From an uncultured Nitrososphaerota archaeon (GTDB taxonomy: Archaea > Thermoproteota > Nitrososphaeria > Nitrososphaerales > Gagatemarchaeaceae): 64,000 nt of DNA. Under the pieces are notes generated by a model that worked only from the letters and a program-made list of their open reading frames with translations, made no database searches and was not told where the DNA came from. The translations under genes and the position numbers were made by a program. Shown piece by piece: positions 9,060-17,559 of the stretch. Location: the NCBI GenBank assembly GCA_963838925.1, contig CAWISW010000003.1, positions 224,001 through 288,000 on the forward strand, in the 5' to 3' direction. Numbering within the stretch: the stretch's first letter is position 1; each line of letters opens with the position of its first letter.

Positions 9060-9210
9060 GCCGGGGTAGCATAGCTTGGCCCATTGCGCCGGCTACGCCC
9101 ATGCGTGGGCGAGACTCATAATCGGCCAAGATGTGAAATCCGGAGAGGATAGAGATATCCCCGAAGGTCGCGGGCTCAAAATGCAAGCCATGAGAATCCC
9201 GCCCCCGGTA
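9060..9210 (+). tRNA. tRNA-Met(CAT), elongator type, with four introns (30/31, 37/38, 45/46, 59/60)
   Basis: GCCGGGG/CCCCGGT acceptor. Removing 9093-9113, 9121-9137, 9146-9166 and 9181-9196 gives a 76-nt cloverleaf with CCGGA-CTCATAA-TCCGG; followed by a T-run. Confidence 0.87.
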
Positions 9211-9327
9211 CTTTTTATGACCGCCCTACCGGAAGGAGGAGCATTTCTCGAAAGCGAGTGAGTCATTATGTCTACGTGAAGATTAAGGCGAATCTGCTGC
9301 GGCGCGAGGACTTGAAAGTGTGCTAGA

Positions 9328-9401
9328 AGCCGCGATCGGGAATTGAACCCGAGACCTTTACCTTACCAAGGTAACGCTCTACCAGACTGAGCTATCGCGG
9401 C
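9328..9401 (-). tRNA. tRNA-Thr(GGT)
   Basis: GCCGCGA acceptor, TTACC-TTGGTAA-GGTAA anticodon arm, GGTTCAATTCC T arm. Confidence 0.95.
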
Positions 9402-9514
9402 GCAGGCGCGCCACCTAGCTAACGGGATTTATCTATTCTGACGGTCAAGACGAGGTTTGTTGTAGATGTAGAGCCCGAAAGCTTAGTTATCGGCCCGGTT
9501 GATTCTCTAGACAG

Positions 9515-9907
9515 ATGGTCAAGTTCACCGCGAAAGAGGAGGCTTTCCTAAGGTCGAACGACGTGTGCCGCCTCGCTACGGCTTCCAAGGAGGGAAGACC
9601 CCAGGTCACACCGGTGATGTACGCGCTGGACGGCACCGCCTTTGTCATCGCCGTCGACTACGGCACGAAGAAGCTCAAGAACGTGAAGGAGAACCCGAAC
9701 GTGGGACTGGTTGTGGACAGGCTGCGCCCAACCAGAGCGGTGACCGTGGAAGGTATTTGCGAGGTGTTCGAGAGGGGCGCGGAGTACCGGCGGCTGCTTG
9801 AGCTCTTGATGATTAGGTTCGAGTTCTACAGGAAGAAGCCTTGGGGAGAGGGAGAGTCTCCGATCTTCCGAGTGACCCCCACGAAGTCGGTGAGCTGGGG
9901 CCTTTGA
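9515..9907 (+). CDS. Pyridoxamine 5'-phosphate oxidase-like (PPOX class, possibly F420-dependent) protein
   Basis: CRLATASKEGRPQVTPV...KKLKNVKENPNVGLVVD split-barrel motif. Confidence 0.85.
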   Translation: MVKFTAKEEAFLRSNDVCRLATASKEGRPQVTPVMYALDGTAFVIAVDYGTKKLKNVKENPNVGLVVDRLRPTRAVTVEGICEVFERGAEYRRLLELLMIRFEFYRKKPWGEGESPIFRVTPTKSVSWGL

Positions 9908-9980
9908 AGGGCACCAGATGCTTGAGGGTTGGCTTCGATTAGATTCTTTAAGTCGTTGTTTGCGACCCGGTTGGTTCTGC

Positions 9981-10068
9981 GCGGGAGTCGCCCAGCCTGG
10001 TCAACGGCGCGAGGCTCAGGACCTCGTCTCTTAGGGGTTCGTGGGTTCGAATCCCACCTCCCGCACCA
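9981..10068 (+). tRNA. tRNA-Leu(CAG)
   Basis: GCGGGAG/CTCCCGC-ACCA acceptor; CGAGG-CTCAGGA-CCTCG anticodon arm; long variable arm. Confidence 0.96.
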
Positions 10069-10158
10069 TTCCATTTGGTCAGCGATAGCAGTACGAAGTC
10101 GGGCATTCAACTTGCGAACAACCCCTAAAATATCCGGACGCCCAATAAACGATGAGAT

Positions 10159-10351
10159 ATGAGGCGGGCGATTCCCATAGTCGTCGGAGTGATACTTCTG
10201 CTCATCGGGATTGGATGGGGCATCTCAAGGAGCCGGAATAATGGGCGGCAGCAGCTTGATGGACAACAACACCGCGTTCATCTACTTGGGAGCATTTCTA
10301 GCACTCGTAGGGATTGTGCTTGTGACGTTCGGCGCGACGAAGAAGACCTAG
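10159..10351 (+). pseudogene. Small two-TM protein, frameshifted at GGGG 10217-10220 (or assembly error)
   Basis: Removing one G gives MRRAIPIVVGVILLLIGIGWASQGAGIMGGSSLMDNNTAFIYLGAFLALVGIVLVTFGATKKT. Confidence 0.65.
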
Positions 10352-10366
10352 GACGCCTGTCGCGGC

Positions 10367-11230
10367 CTAGTTGAACTCTTTCCTTTCGAAGAGGACCAGT
10401 CCCAAGATTGCGGTGACTATGAAATAGGCGCCGATTATGGCGAGGCCTTCAGGAATCGTGACGCTGAAAGTCGTGAAGGTGGGGGCAGCGGCGCCGCCGC
10501 GACCGAACACACCCGCGGCTTTGCTGACGTGTGGAGGATAGGGCGAATCGAGCACGTTGCCAATTATTTCGGAGCCGTATGTCAGGATGAACCACGGCTC
10601 TATCTGGGCGAGAGCGGCCACGAGGGTCTCGATGAGCGTGAACGCGAAGAGGAAGAGGATGGCCGTCACCAAGATCGAATAGGACGTGCTCTTGAATACG
10701 GAGCTGAAGAAGAACGTAAAGCCGAGGACAGCAACGAGGTAGAACCACGCGAACAGGAACGACTCGCCGAACTGCCATGGGATGTTCAGCCCAAAGTAGT
10801 AGGTTTCGTTCGCGACGGTTATCGCTGTGAAGATGAAGAGGACTATCGAGGACGCTATGAACGCGGAGAGCCACTTTCCGATGTACACGCTCGACCTGCG
10901 AATGGGATTCGGTATGGTGAAGTATCCGGTCTTGTTCTGGAACTCGCCGGAGATGGCGTCGCCGCCGAAGAAGATCCCAGATAGGATTACAACGAATGTC
11001 GCCGACATCCCCCACCACCCTGAGTAGAACGCGAGCGGGCTGCTGAGGAAGCTTGGCGGCCTGTAGTGAGCCACGACGACGGTGAGGATTGCGCTGATGA
11101 GGAGCATGATGCCGAGGAGTATCGCAAACCTTCGGGACCTGAAATAATCCAAGAAGGTATACCGCATGGTGATTCTCACCTGGGCTATGCTGTTGGGGAC
11201 CTTGTTCCCGGGGGGGCTAGATTGCGCCAT
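10367..11230 (-). CDS. ABC-2 type transporter permease
   Basis: About six TM helices, DAISGEFQNKTG motif; downstream of an ABC ATPase. Confidence 0.88.
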   Translation of the reverse strand: MAQSSPPGNKVPNSIAQVRITMRYTFLDYFRSRRFAILLGIMLLISAILTVVVAHYRPPSFLSSPLAFYSGWWGMSATFVVILSGIFFGGDAISGEFQNKTGYFTIPNPIRRSSVYIGKWLSAFIASSIVLFIFTAITVANETYYFGLNIPWQFGESFLFAWFYLVAVLGFTFFFSSVFKSTSYSILVTAILFLFAFTLIETLVAALAQIEPWFILTYGSEIIGNVLDSPYPPHVSKAAGVFGRGGAAAPTFTTFSVTIPEGLAIIGAYFIVTAILGLVLFERKEFN

Positions 11231-11236
11231 AGTTTC

Positions 11237-12184
11237 TCACAGAGTGTCCTTAATCAGATTGAGGTATGATTCCTCGAGCGCAGAGGAGGTGGGCGTGAAG
11301 CTAGCTACCCCGATGTTGATTCCGACGAGTTCGGCGAGAATCTTCTCCTGCACGTCAAGGCCACCGCTGCAATGAATCCTAAGCCGCTTGTCGTCTAACT
11401 TCTCTACGGAGGCCACGCCAGGGAGTTTGGCCACCGACCCTTCAATCACCCCGGCTTGCAGCGGGCGCGTGAGCCCTACATCGACTATGTTCTCTCCGCC
11501 AGAGAACTTCGCCGTGACGTTGTGGAGCGTGTCGTACACCAGCAATTTTCCGTGGTCTATCATTGCGACCTCGTCACAGACGTCAGCGACTTCGCTCAGG
11601 ATGTGAGAGCTCATGAAGATGAGCCGGTCCTTGTTCTTCAAGGACTTCACTATGCCTCTGACCTCGCTCATCCCTCTCGGGTCCAGGCCTGTAGTGGGCT
11701 CGTCCAGCAGCACTATCTTCGGGTCGTTCAGCAGCGCAGAGGCGACGTCGATTCTCTGCTTCATCCCTTTCGAGAACTTTCCAACCCTCTTGTCAATCCA
11801 GTCCAGCATTTGTACCTCCGCGACGACGTCTTCTATCAGCTTTCTTCGCTCCGCGTGCGGGACCCCCCGCAGCTCGGCTACCATCCCTAGGGCCTCTCGC
11901 GGGGTCAGGGACGGGTATATCTCGGGGGTCTCGATTACTGTGCCCACTGACGCCAGGGCGGCCTTCTTGTGCGTGTGGACATTGAACCCATTGATTAGCG
12001 CCTCGCCAGAAGAGGCCCGAATGAGGTCAGTGAAGATCTTGAGCGTGGTCGTCTTGCCTGCACCGTTCGGGCCTAGGAATCCCACGCACTTGGAACCCTC
12101 AATCTTCAGGTTGAGGTTTGACAAGGCTGTGAACGAGCCGTATGTCTTGGAGAGGTTCACTGCCTCGATTGAGGGATTCGTCAA
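11237..12184 (-). CDS. ABC transporter ATP-binding protein
   Basis: GPNGAGKTT, FSKGMKQR and LLDEPTTGLDP motifs. Confidence 0.95.
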   Translation of the reverse strand: MTNPSIEAVNLSKTYGSFTALSNLNLKIEGSKCVGFLGPNGAGKTTTLKIFTDLIRASSGEALINGFNVHTHKKAALASVGTVIETPEIYPSLTPREALGMVAELRGVPHAERRKLIEDVVAEVQMLDWIDKRVGKFSKGMKQRIDVASALLNDPKIVLLDEPTTGLDPRGMSEVRGIVKSLKNKDRLIFMSSHILSEVADVCDEVAMIDHGKLLVYDTLHNVTAKFSGGENIVDVGLTRPLQAGVIEGSVAKLPGVASVEKLDDKRLRIHCSGGLDVQEKILAELVGINIGVASFTPTSSALEESYLNLIKDTL

Positions 12185-12207
12185 GACATCATGACCCCGA
12201 TTATACC

Positions 12208-12981
12208 CTAGCTAACTACCTTTCTGAACAGGTAGAGAGTTATGCCAATCGTCACGACGGCTATCCCCGCGATGAATGCCAGAGCGCTGAGCTCCGCGGT
12301 CAAAGAGAAGAAGCCCGGAATAGAAAGGTCTCTGACCGCGTTGACGGCGTAGCTTATCGGGTTGATTCTCGAGACGTCCTGCATCCATGGCGGCATGAAG
12401 CCCAAGGGGACCAGCGCGGTGCTCATGAAGAGCAGGGGGAAGGTCATGAAGGCTCCTATCCCGAACACCGTCTCCGCGCTCTTCGTCCTCAGGCCAAGCG
12501 CGAGCGAGATGCCCGACCACGCGAGCCCAAAGAAGGCGATGATGAACAAGATGAGCAGAACGCCTAGGATTCCCGAAGCCAGCCTGAATCCCAGTATGTA
12601 CGCGAGCGCGAGTATGATGACCGACTGCACTGTCACTCGGAACGCGTCGGTAGCCAGCCTCCCGAGCAGTATGGCGGGCCGACTCACCTGGGTGACTAGC
12701 ATCTTCTGCAGGAATCCTGAGTTGAGGTCCTCGACGATGGAGGTTCCCGATTGTAGCGCGCTGCTGAATGCGTTCTGCATCAGTATCCCGGCGGATGCGT
12801 ACTCGAGATAGCTAACGCCGGGAGGGAAACCCGGGAGCAGGTTGAGTGAGTGGAACAGTTGCGTGAAGAGGACTAGGAAAATAATTGGTTGGAATAGGGA
12901 GAAGAATATGAGAATGGGGTTGCGGATGAGCTTCTTCAGCGCTCTGACGAAGAGGTTTCTCGTGTCGAAGAGGATTGTCAT
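12208..12981 (-). CDS. ABC-2 (DrrB-like) permease
   Basis: Multi-TM protein with NPISYAVNAVR motif. Confidence 0.9.
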   Translation of the reverse strand: MTILFDTRNLFVRALKKLIRNPILIFFSLFQPIIFLVLFTQLFHSLNLLPGFPPGVSYLEYASAGILMQNAFSSALQSGTSIVEDLNSGFLQKMLVTQVSRPAILLGRLATDAFRVTVQSVIILALAYILGFRLASGILGVLLILFIIAFFGLAWSGISLALGLRTKSAETVFGIGAFMTFPLLFMSTALVPLGFMPPWMQDVSRINPISYAVNAVRDLSIPGFFSLTAELSALAFIAGIAVVTIGITLYLFRKVVS

Positions 12982-12987
12982 TCCCTT

Positions 12988-14007
12988 CTATCTCCTTCTG
13001 CTCCCGAACCTTCCGGCGCTGACCTCCTTCACGAGTTCTTCCGTCCTAATCCTCTTGCCCGTATGCTTCAGGAACACGTCGTCCAAGCTGGGCGTTGAAA
13101 TGTTGATTGATACGAGTTCTGTGTCGGTCCTGTCGAAGGCCCTGACGAGCTCTGGCACGAAGAGCCCGCCGTTCTTCACATAGAGCGTCAGTCCCTCTTC
13201 GGTATCCACGACGTTCATCACTTCGGGTATCTTCGAAAGGATTGCTTTGGCCGCGGCCTTTGTAGCGGCCCTTTCGCCGGCACCGGTCCTGTTCCGCACC
13301 GTGATGGTGATTGCGTCGGCACCAATCTCCTTCTTCAGGCCCACCGGCGATCCCTCGGCGACAATCTTGCCCGCGTCCACTATGCACAGGCGTTGGCATA
13401 GACGGTCAGCCTCTTCCAAATACTGGGTTGTTAGGAAAATCGTGATTCCTTCCTTCTTGTTCAGCTCTTCCAGATAGTCCCAAACAGTCGCACGCGACTG
13501 CGGGTCAAGCCCTGTCGTCGGCTCGTCCAAGAAAAGCACCTTTGGCTTGTGGACTAGTGTGGAGGCTAGGTCTAGCCTCTTCTTCATTCCACCGGAGTAA
13601 CGGCCGGCCCGTTTGTCGGCTGCGTCCTTCAACCCTACCACCTCGAGAAGATAGTCGACCCTTTCTTCTAGCTCCTTGCCTCTCATCTGTTGCAGGTGCC
13701 CCTCCAAGATCATGTTCTCCCTGCCGGTGAGCTCGGGGTCGACCGAGGTCTCCTGGCTCTGGACGCCGATGAGCTTCCTGATCTCCTTGGGGTTCTTGTC
13801 AAGGTCGTATCCTGCGATGGATACCGTCCCGGAGGTCTTCCTCAGGAGAGTGGTGAGAATTTTGATTGTCGTGCTCTTCCCGGCCCCGTTCGGGCCTAGG
13901 AATCCAAAGAACTCGCCCTCGTTCACGCTGAAGGACACGCCGTCGACTGCCTTGGTCCCATCGGCATAGACCTCGACGAGGTCGTTGACAGCGATGATGT
14001 CCGACAT
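12988..14007 (-). CDS. ABC transporter ATP-binding protein (DrrA-like)
   Basis: GPNGAGKST, YSGGMKKR, LDEPTTGLDP and C-terminal PSLDDVFLKHTG. Confidence 0.95.
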   Translation of the reverse strand: MSDIIAVNDLVEVYADGTKAVDGVSFSVNEGEFFGFLGPNGAGKSTTIKILTTLLRKTSGTVSIAGYDLDKNPKEIRKLIGVQSQETSVDPELTGRENMILEGHLQQMRGKELEERVDYLLEVVGLKDAADKRAGRYSGGMKKRLDLASTLVHKPKVLFLDEPTTGLDPQSRATVWDYLEELNKKEGITIFLTTQYLEEADRLCQRLCIVDAGKIVAEGSPVGLKKEIGADAITITVRNRTGAGERAATKAAAKAILSKIPEVMNVVDTEEGLTLYVKNGGLFVPELVRAFDRTDTELVSINISTPSLDDVFLKHTGKRIRTEELVKEVSAGRFGSRRR

Positions 14008-14044
14008 GGCCCTCTCAGAGAGGCGTTCGGGGAGGTTTTATAAG

Positions 14045-14090
14045 AATATCGAATACGATATTGGTATCAAACGCAATACATTGTAGTATT
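14045..14090. promoter_or_regulatory. Candidate PadR operators in the divergent promoter
   Basis: Perfect inverted repeats AATATCG-n4-CGATATT (14045-14062) and AATAC-n6-GTATT (14075-14090) between the ABC operon and padR. Confidence 0.55.
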
Positions 14091-14131
14091 TAGACGACTT
14101 AAATAGACCCGCCCCTCTCTAAAGACTCACC

Positions 14132-14692
14132 GTGCCCGAGGCCGTAGCGAGGAAGTGGATACATCCGCAAGCGGTTCCTCGGGGCATTCTTCGGCTTTAC
14201 ATCTTGTCCATGCTGTCCAAGACGCCGCAGACCGGCTACTCCATAATGCGGACGATCGAAGACAAGACGGAGGGAGCATGGAGGCCGGGGCCTGGCACGG
14301 TGTACCCCTTGTTGAGGAGCCTGGTCAAAGAAGACCTGCTGGAGAAGGCGGATTCTGCTGATGCGGGCGCCACAGTGAAGTACTCGGTGACCAAGAAAGG
14401 AAAGCAGGAGCTGGAGGAGATGCAGCGGACTCTGGCTTCGGCGGGGAAGAGAGAACGGGTCATGATTCGTCTCTTCGCGGACTTGCTGCCTGCAGAGGTG
14501 TGGGCCTCTGCCTTCGTCAACCGTGGGAGGGAGATATTCGACATCTTCCAAGAGAGAGTCGCCCATATCCCGCAGCCTCAACGCGAGGCCACACTGAGAG
14601 AGGCGCGTACGATGTTGGACTCAAACATCTCTTGGATCGATTCACAGCTTCGAGCCAAGAAGAAGCGGTCTCTCGACCGACGGCCAGTTTAG
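14132..14692 (+). CDS. PadR-family transcriptional regulator
   Basis: PRGILRLYIL...TGYSIM...WRPGPGTVYPLL...YSVTKKG. Confidence 0.92.
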   Translation: MPEAVARKWIHPQAVPRGILRLYILSMLSKTPQTGYSIMRTIEDKTEGAWRPGPGTVYPLLRSLVKEDLLEKADSADAGATVKYSVTKKGKQELEEMQRTLASAGKRERVMIRLFADLLPAEVWASAFVNRGREIFDIFQERVAHIPQPQREATLREARTMLDSNISWIDSQLRAKKKRSLDRRPV

Positions 14693-14988
14693 GCCTGCAA
14701 CTTCGATGTCTCGGTCTTGCCCAAGGCAGTGAGGCGGTACTTTCCTGCGTCTCCGAAGAATTGCACCGCGTACTCCACGAATCCAAGGGCCGTCAGCTCT
14801 CTCATGTGCGACAGCGTCCTCCATTGGGAGTTGTTCGCGAGAAGCTTGTCTAGTTGGGCGTTGGAGAGTCCTTCAGGGCTCTTCGCCAGCGCGGCGAGGA
14901 TTGTCACCAGCTCGTCTTCTTGCAAAATCGCCCGCAAGACCTTGCCCTGCTCCTTCGGGTCGGACGGCCACACCCAGATTCCCTTCAT
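14689..14988 (-). CDS. Small winged-helix protein
   Basis: HTH plus wing (LGFVEY...YRLTALG). Confidence 0.65.
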   Translation of the reverse strand: MKGIWVWPSDPKEQGKVLRAILQEDELVTILAALAKSPEGLSNAQLDKLLANNSQWRTLSHMRELTALGFVEYAVQFFGDAGKYRLTALGKTETSKLQA

Positions 14989-15102
14989 TGGGCCAAGCCC
15001 TGCCGGCCGGCTTGATAAGGGAAGCGAGGGATTGAATCCGTTTCACGATTGAATCAACTGTTTTTCGTCTGACTGGAGAAAAGGAATTCTGCTGTAACGT
15101 GA

Positions 15103-15366
15103 GTGGTCTTTATGGAAGTAATAACCGAATACGTGGATCACCGAGCCGAGCTAGAAGAGCGGATTCGTTCGCTGGAATCTGAGCAGACGAGCCTCCTGAC
15201 CGAGATCGCGAGCCTCAAAGAGAAGCTCACGACACTCGAGCTTGAGAGGCATGCCACCTCTCTCTCCAACGAGGTCGAGGCCTTGAGGACAGAGAAGGCC
15301 GTGTTGGAAGAGAAGGTCGCTACGTACTCCAGCCCGATCGCGCCGAACGAAAGCTACCAAGTCTAA
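15103..15366 (+). CDS. Small coiled-coil protein
   Basis: Continuous Leu/Glu/Lys heptad repeat. Confidence 0.65.
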   Translation: MVFMEVITEYVDHRAELEERIRSLESEQTSLLTEIASLKEKLTTLELERHATSLSNEVEALRTEKAVLEEKVATYSSPIAPNESYQV

Positions 15367-15383
15367 CTAGCTACCAAGCGTAG

Positions 15384-15809
15384 CTACCGGAACTTGGTCG
15401 CCTTCTCCTCTAGCTCTCCCTTCTCTTTTCTTAGATACGCGACGTGCTTCTCCAGCGCGTCCAGCTTTGCCTCCAGGACCCTTGTGTCTGTCTCCTTCCT
15501 GCTTCGCTCGAGGCTCTTCTGAAGATCCGCATACTCTTTGTCCATCACCTGGATTCGCTTCTCCAGGTCCTGGTTGGTCTTCTTCAGGCCCTTGATGTCG
15601 GCCTGAATCTTGGCCATCTGGTCGTCTGCAACGACGAGATAATGTTGCCTGCTAACGACGGTAGGGAACTTCGTGCCGCACTTGTCACAGCTGTACATCC
15701 CCACCTTCCTCTGGGTCAGGCCGCGTTCGCCCTCCTTGGGCTCGACAATCACTGTGAAGAGCTTCGCGGGGGCCGCTATCGCAGTTCCGCAGTTGGGGCA
15801 TGAAGGCAA
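15384..15809 (-). CDS. Zn-ribbon (Cren7-like) domain fused to a coiled coil
   Basis: CPNCG...P.K.F...VGMYSCDKCGTKF followed by about 80 aa of heptad repeats. Confidence 0.6.
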   Translation of the reverse strand: MPSCPNCGTAIAAPAKLFTVIVEPKEGERGLTQRKVGMYSCDKCGTKFPTVVSRQHYLVVADDQMAKIQADIKGLKKTNQDLEKRIQVMDKEYADLQKSLERSRKETDTRVLEAKLDALEKHVAYLRKEKGELEEKATKFR

Positions 15810-15850
15810 GCGCTAGCGTCAGCATGCAGATTCGTAACGTTAAATCTTTG

Positions 15851-16141
15851 CTACTCGCGGATAGACTCGAGGTCTGAAACCGCCGACCACAGGATGACCC
15901 TGGCGAAGGACGACATGTTGGGGTCCTGCGCCACCTCGTCGAGCATGCTGATCGCGTTGGCCGCCCTCACCGCGAGGCTTACTTTCTGGTCCTGAAGCGC
16001 GGTTATCGAGTCCTTCACAATCTTCCTTATGTTGCGCGGGGTGATGTTCGAGTCAGCAATCTGCTGAAGGCTGGCGCTGGCCTTGACTAGCTTGCCGTCG
16101 TTCGCTTGCTGCTTCTTCTCCTTGTTTGCTTTGGTGCTCAT
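15851..16141 (-). CDS. UPF0147 family protein
   Basis: PRNIRK...RAANAISMLDEVAQDPNM signature. Confidence 0.88.
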   Translation of the reverse strand: MSTKANKEKKQQANDGKLVKASASLQQIADSNITPRNIRKIVKDSITALQDQKVSLAVRAANAISMLDEVAQDPNMSSFARVILWSAVSDLESIRE

Positions 16142-16255
16142 GATTGTATCCGGGGACTGGGCGGGGAGTTCCCTGTGCCTTCCACCCCTGCATATTTGGT
16201 TTTCTATGGTTTGCTAGATGGTTTATAACTCCGGGAGAGTCCAAATCCTATCTAA

Positions 16256-16597
16256 TTGAGCACGGCCGCCGCCAAGACGAAGACCACGGTCGAACTGATG
16301 AGAAGGGGAGCAGTGATGATGAAGGAGCCGTGCCCGGAGTGCAACGGCGTGCAGCTGAGATACAAAGGGAGGGTCTACTGCACGAACCACGACGACCTCA
16401 CCGTGGCGCTTCAGGCCAAGGAGATTCTGTTCCCGGACGTCGCCGAGGATTTGAAGAACCTGCTGCTGGTCAAGCTGAAGGAATCTATGTCCCTCCTAGA
16501 AAACGAGCGGGACGCTGAGAAGCTCGACAGACTGGTCGCCTTGATGACCAGATACGTCGAACTGCTTCGGAAGCTGGAGCCGACTCAAAGAGCTTAA
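16256..16597 (+). CDS. Sjogren syndrome/scleroderma autoantigen 1 (p27) family Zn-finger protein
   Basis: LMRRGAVMMKEPCPECNGV...GRVYC. Confidence 0.8.
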   Translation: MSTAAAKTKTTVELMRRGAVMMKEPCPECNGVQLRYKGRVYCTNHDDLTVALQAKEILFPDVAEDLKNLLLVKLKESMSLLENERDAEKLDRLVALMTRYVELLRKLEPTQRA

Positions 16598-16624
16598 ATC
16601 GGGAAACCACGCGGTTCGTGCTGG

Positions 16625-17098
16625 ATGGTCCTGAGGATAGGCCAAAGGGTGCCCGAGTTTTCTCTTCCTGACGCCAACAAGCAGGAGAGGAAGCTATCGG
16701 AGTTCACGCAAAAGGGAAAGACCGTGTTGCTCTTCTTCCCGTTCGCGTTCTCCGGCGTCTGCGACAAGGAGATGTGTGTCTTTAGGGACGGCTCGACCAA
16801 GCTAGCCTCTTTCAACGCACAGGTGGTGGGGATCAGCGTGGACAGCGTCTTCACGCTCAAGGTGTTCGCGCAGACGTACAACCTTCAGTTCCCGCTGCTG
16901 AGTGACTTCAACAAGAAGGTCTCAAGGGCCTACGGTGTGTTACAAGAGACGTGGGTAGGCTTCGGCTACAAGGGCGTCGCCAAGCGCGCGGCCTTCGTCT
17001 TGGACGGCAAGGGCATCCTCAGATACAAGTGGGTGACGGACGCCCCCTCGAACGAGCCGCCCTATGACGAGGTCATTTCGGCCCTGGGCAAGCTCTGA
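16625..17098 (+). CDS. Peroxiredoxin (AhpC/BCP family)
   Basis: FFPFAFSGVCDKEMC active-site motif; LLSDFNK. Confidence 0.92.
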   Translation: MVLRIGQRVPEFSLPDANKQERKLSEFTQKGKTVLLFFPFAFSGVCDKEMCVFRDGSTKLASFNAQVVGISVDSVFTLKVFAQTYNLQFPLLSDFNKKVSRAYGVLQETWVGFGYKGVAKRAAFVLDGKGILRYKWVTDAPSNEPPYDEVISALGKL

Positions 17099-17150
17099 AG
17101 AAGGCGCCCTCGGTCTCTTTTTATAGGAGTTAAGGGTCGGAGGCACTAGA

Positions 17151-17513
17151 ATGTCGTCCGAGGCAACGAAGATGATCAAACCGGTGGTGGACATCACCGA
17201 GAACGCTGCCTCAGAACTGGTAGGGTACCTAGCCAAACAGGGCAAACCGACAGCAGGACTGAGGGTGTTTGTCTCCGCAGGTGGATGCTCAGGCCTATCT
17301 TACGGGATGGTCCCTGAGGAGAAGTCTGGCGAAGACGACTACGTCATAGTTCAGCACGGGGCGAAGCTCATAGTCGACAAGTCAAGTATGCCGTTCATCG
17401 CGGGGTCGGTCATCGACTTCCAGTCCGACAAATTGATGGGCGGAGGCTTCGTGGTTAAGAACCCCAACGCGGTCTCCACGTGCGGCTGCGGCGAGTCCTT
17501 CAAGACAGAGTAG
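17151..17513 (+). CDS. A-type Fe-S cluster carrier (HesB/IscA/ErpA family)
   Basis: GGCSGLSY and NPNAVSTCGCGESF. Confidence 0.95.
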   Translation: MSSEATKMIKPVVDITENAASELVGYLAKQGKPTAGLRVFVSAGGCSGLSYGMVPEEKSGEDDYVIVQHGAKLIVDKSSMPFIAGSVIDFQSDKLMGGGFVVKNPNAVSTCGCGESFKTE

Positions 17514-17559
17514 AGCGGATACTTCAAACCTATATTGGGTTGCAAGCCCAGCGGAGGCC

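Noticed and set aside
9076-9261. 61-aa ORF
   Set aside because: Lies over the four-intron tRNA-Met.
15352-15388. AGCTACCAAG x2 plus AGCTACC direct repeats
   Set aside because: Too short; at the junction of convergent stop codons, with no CRISPR or att structure.
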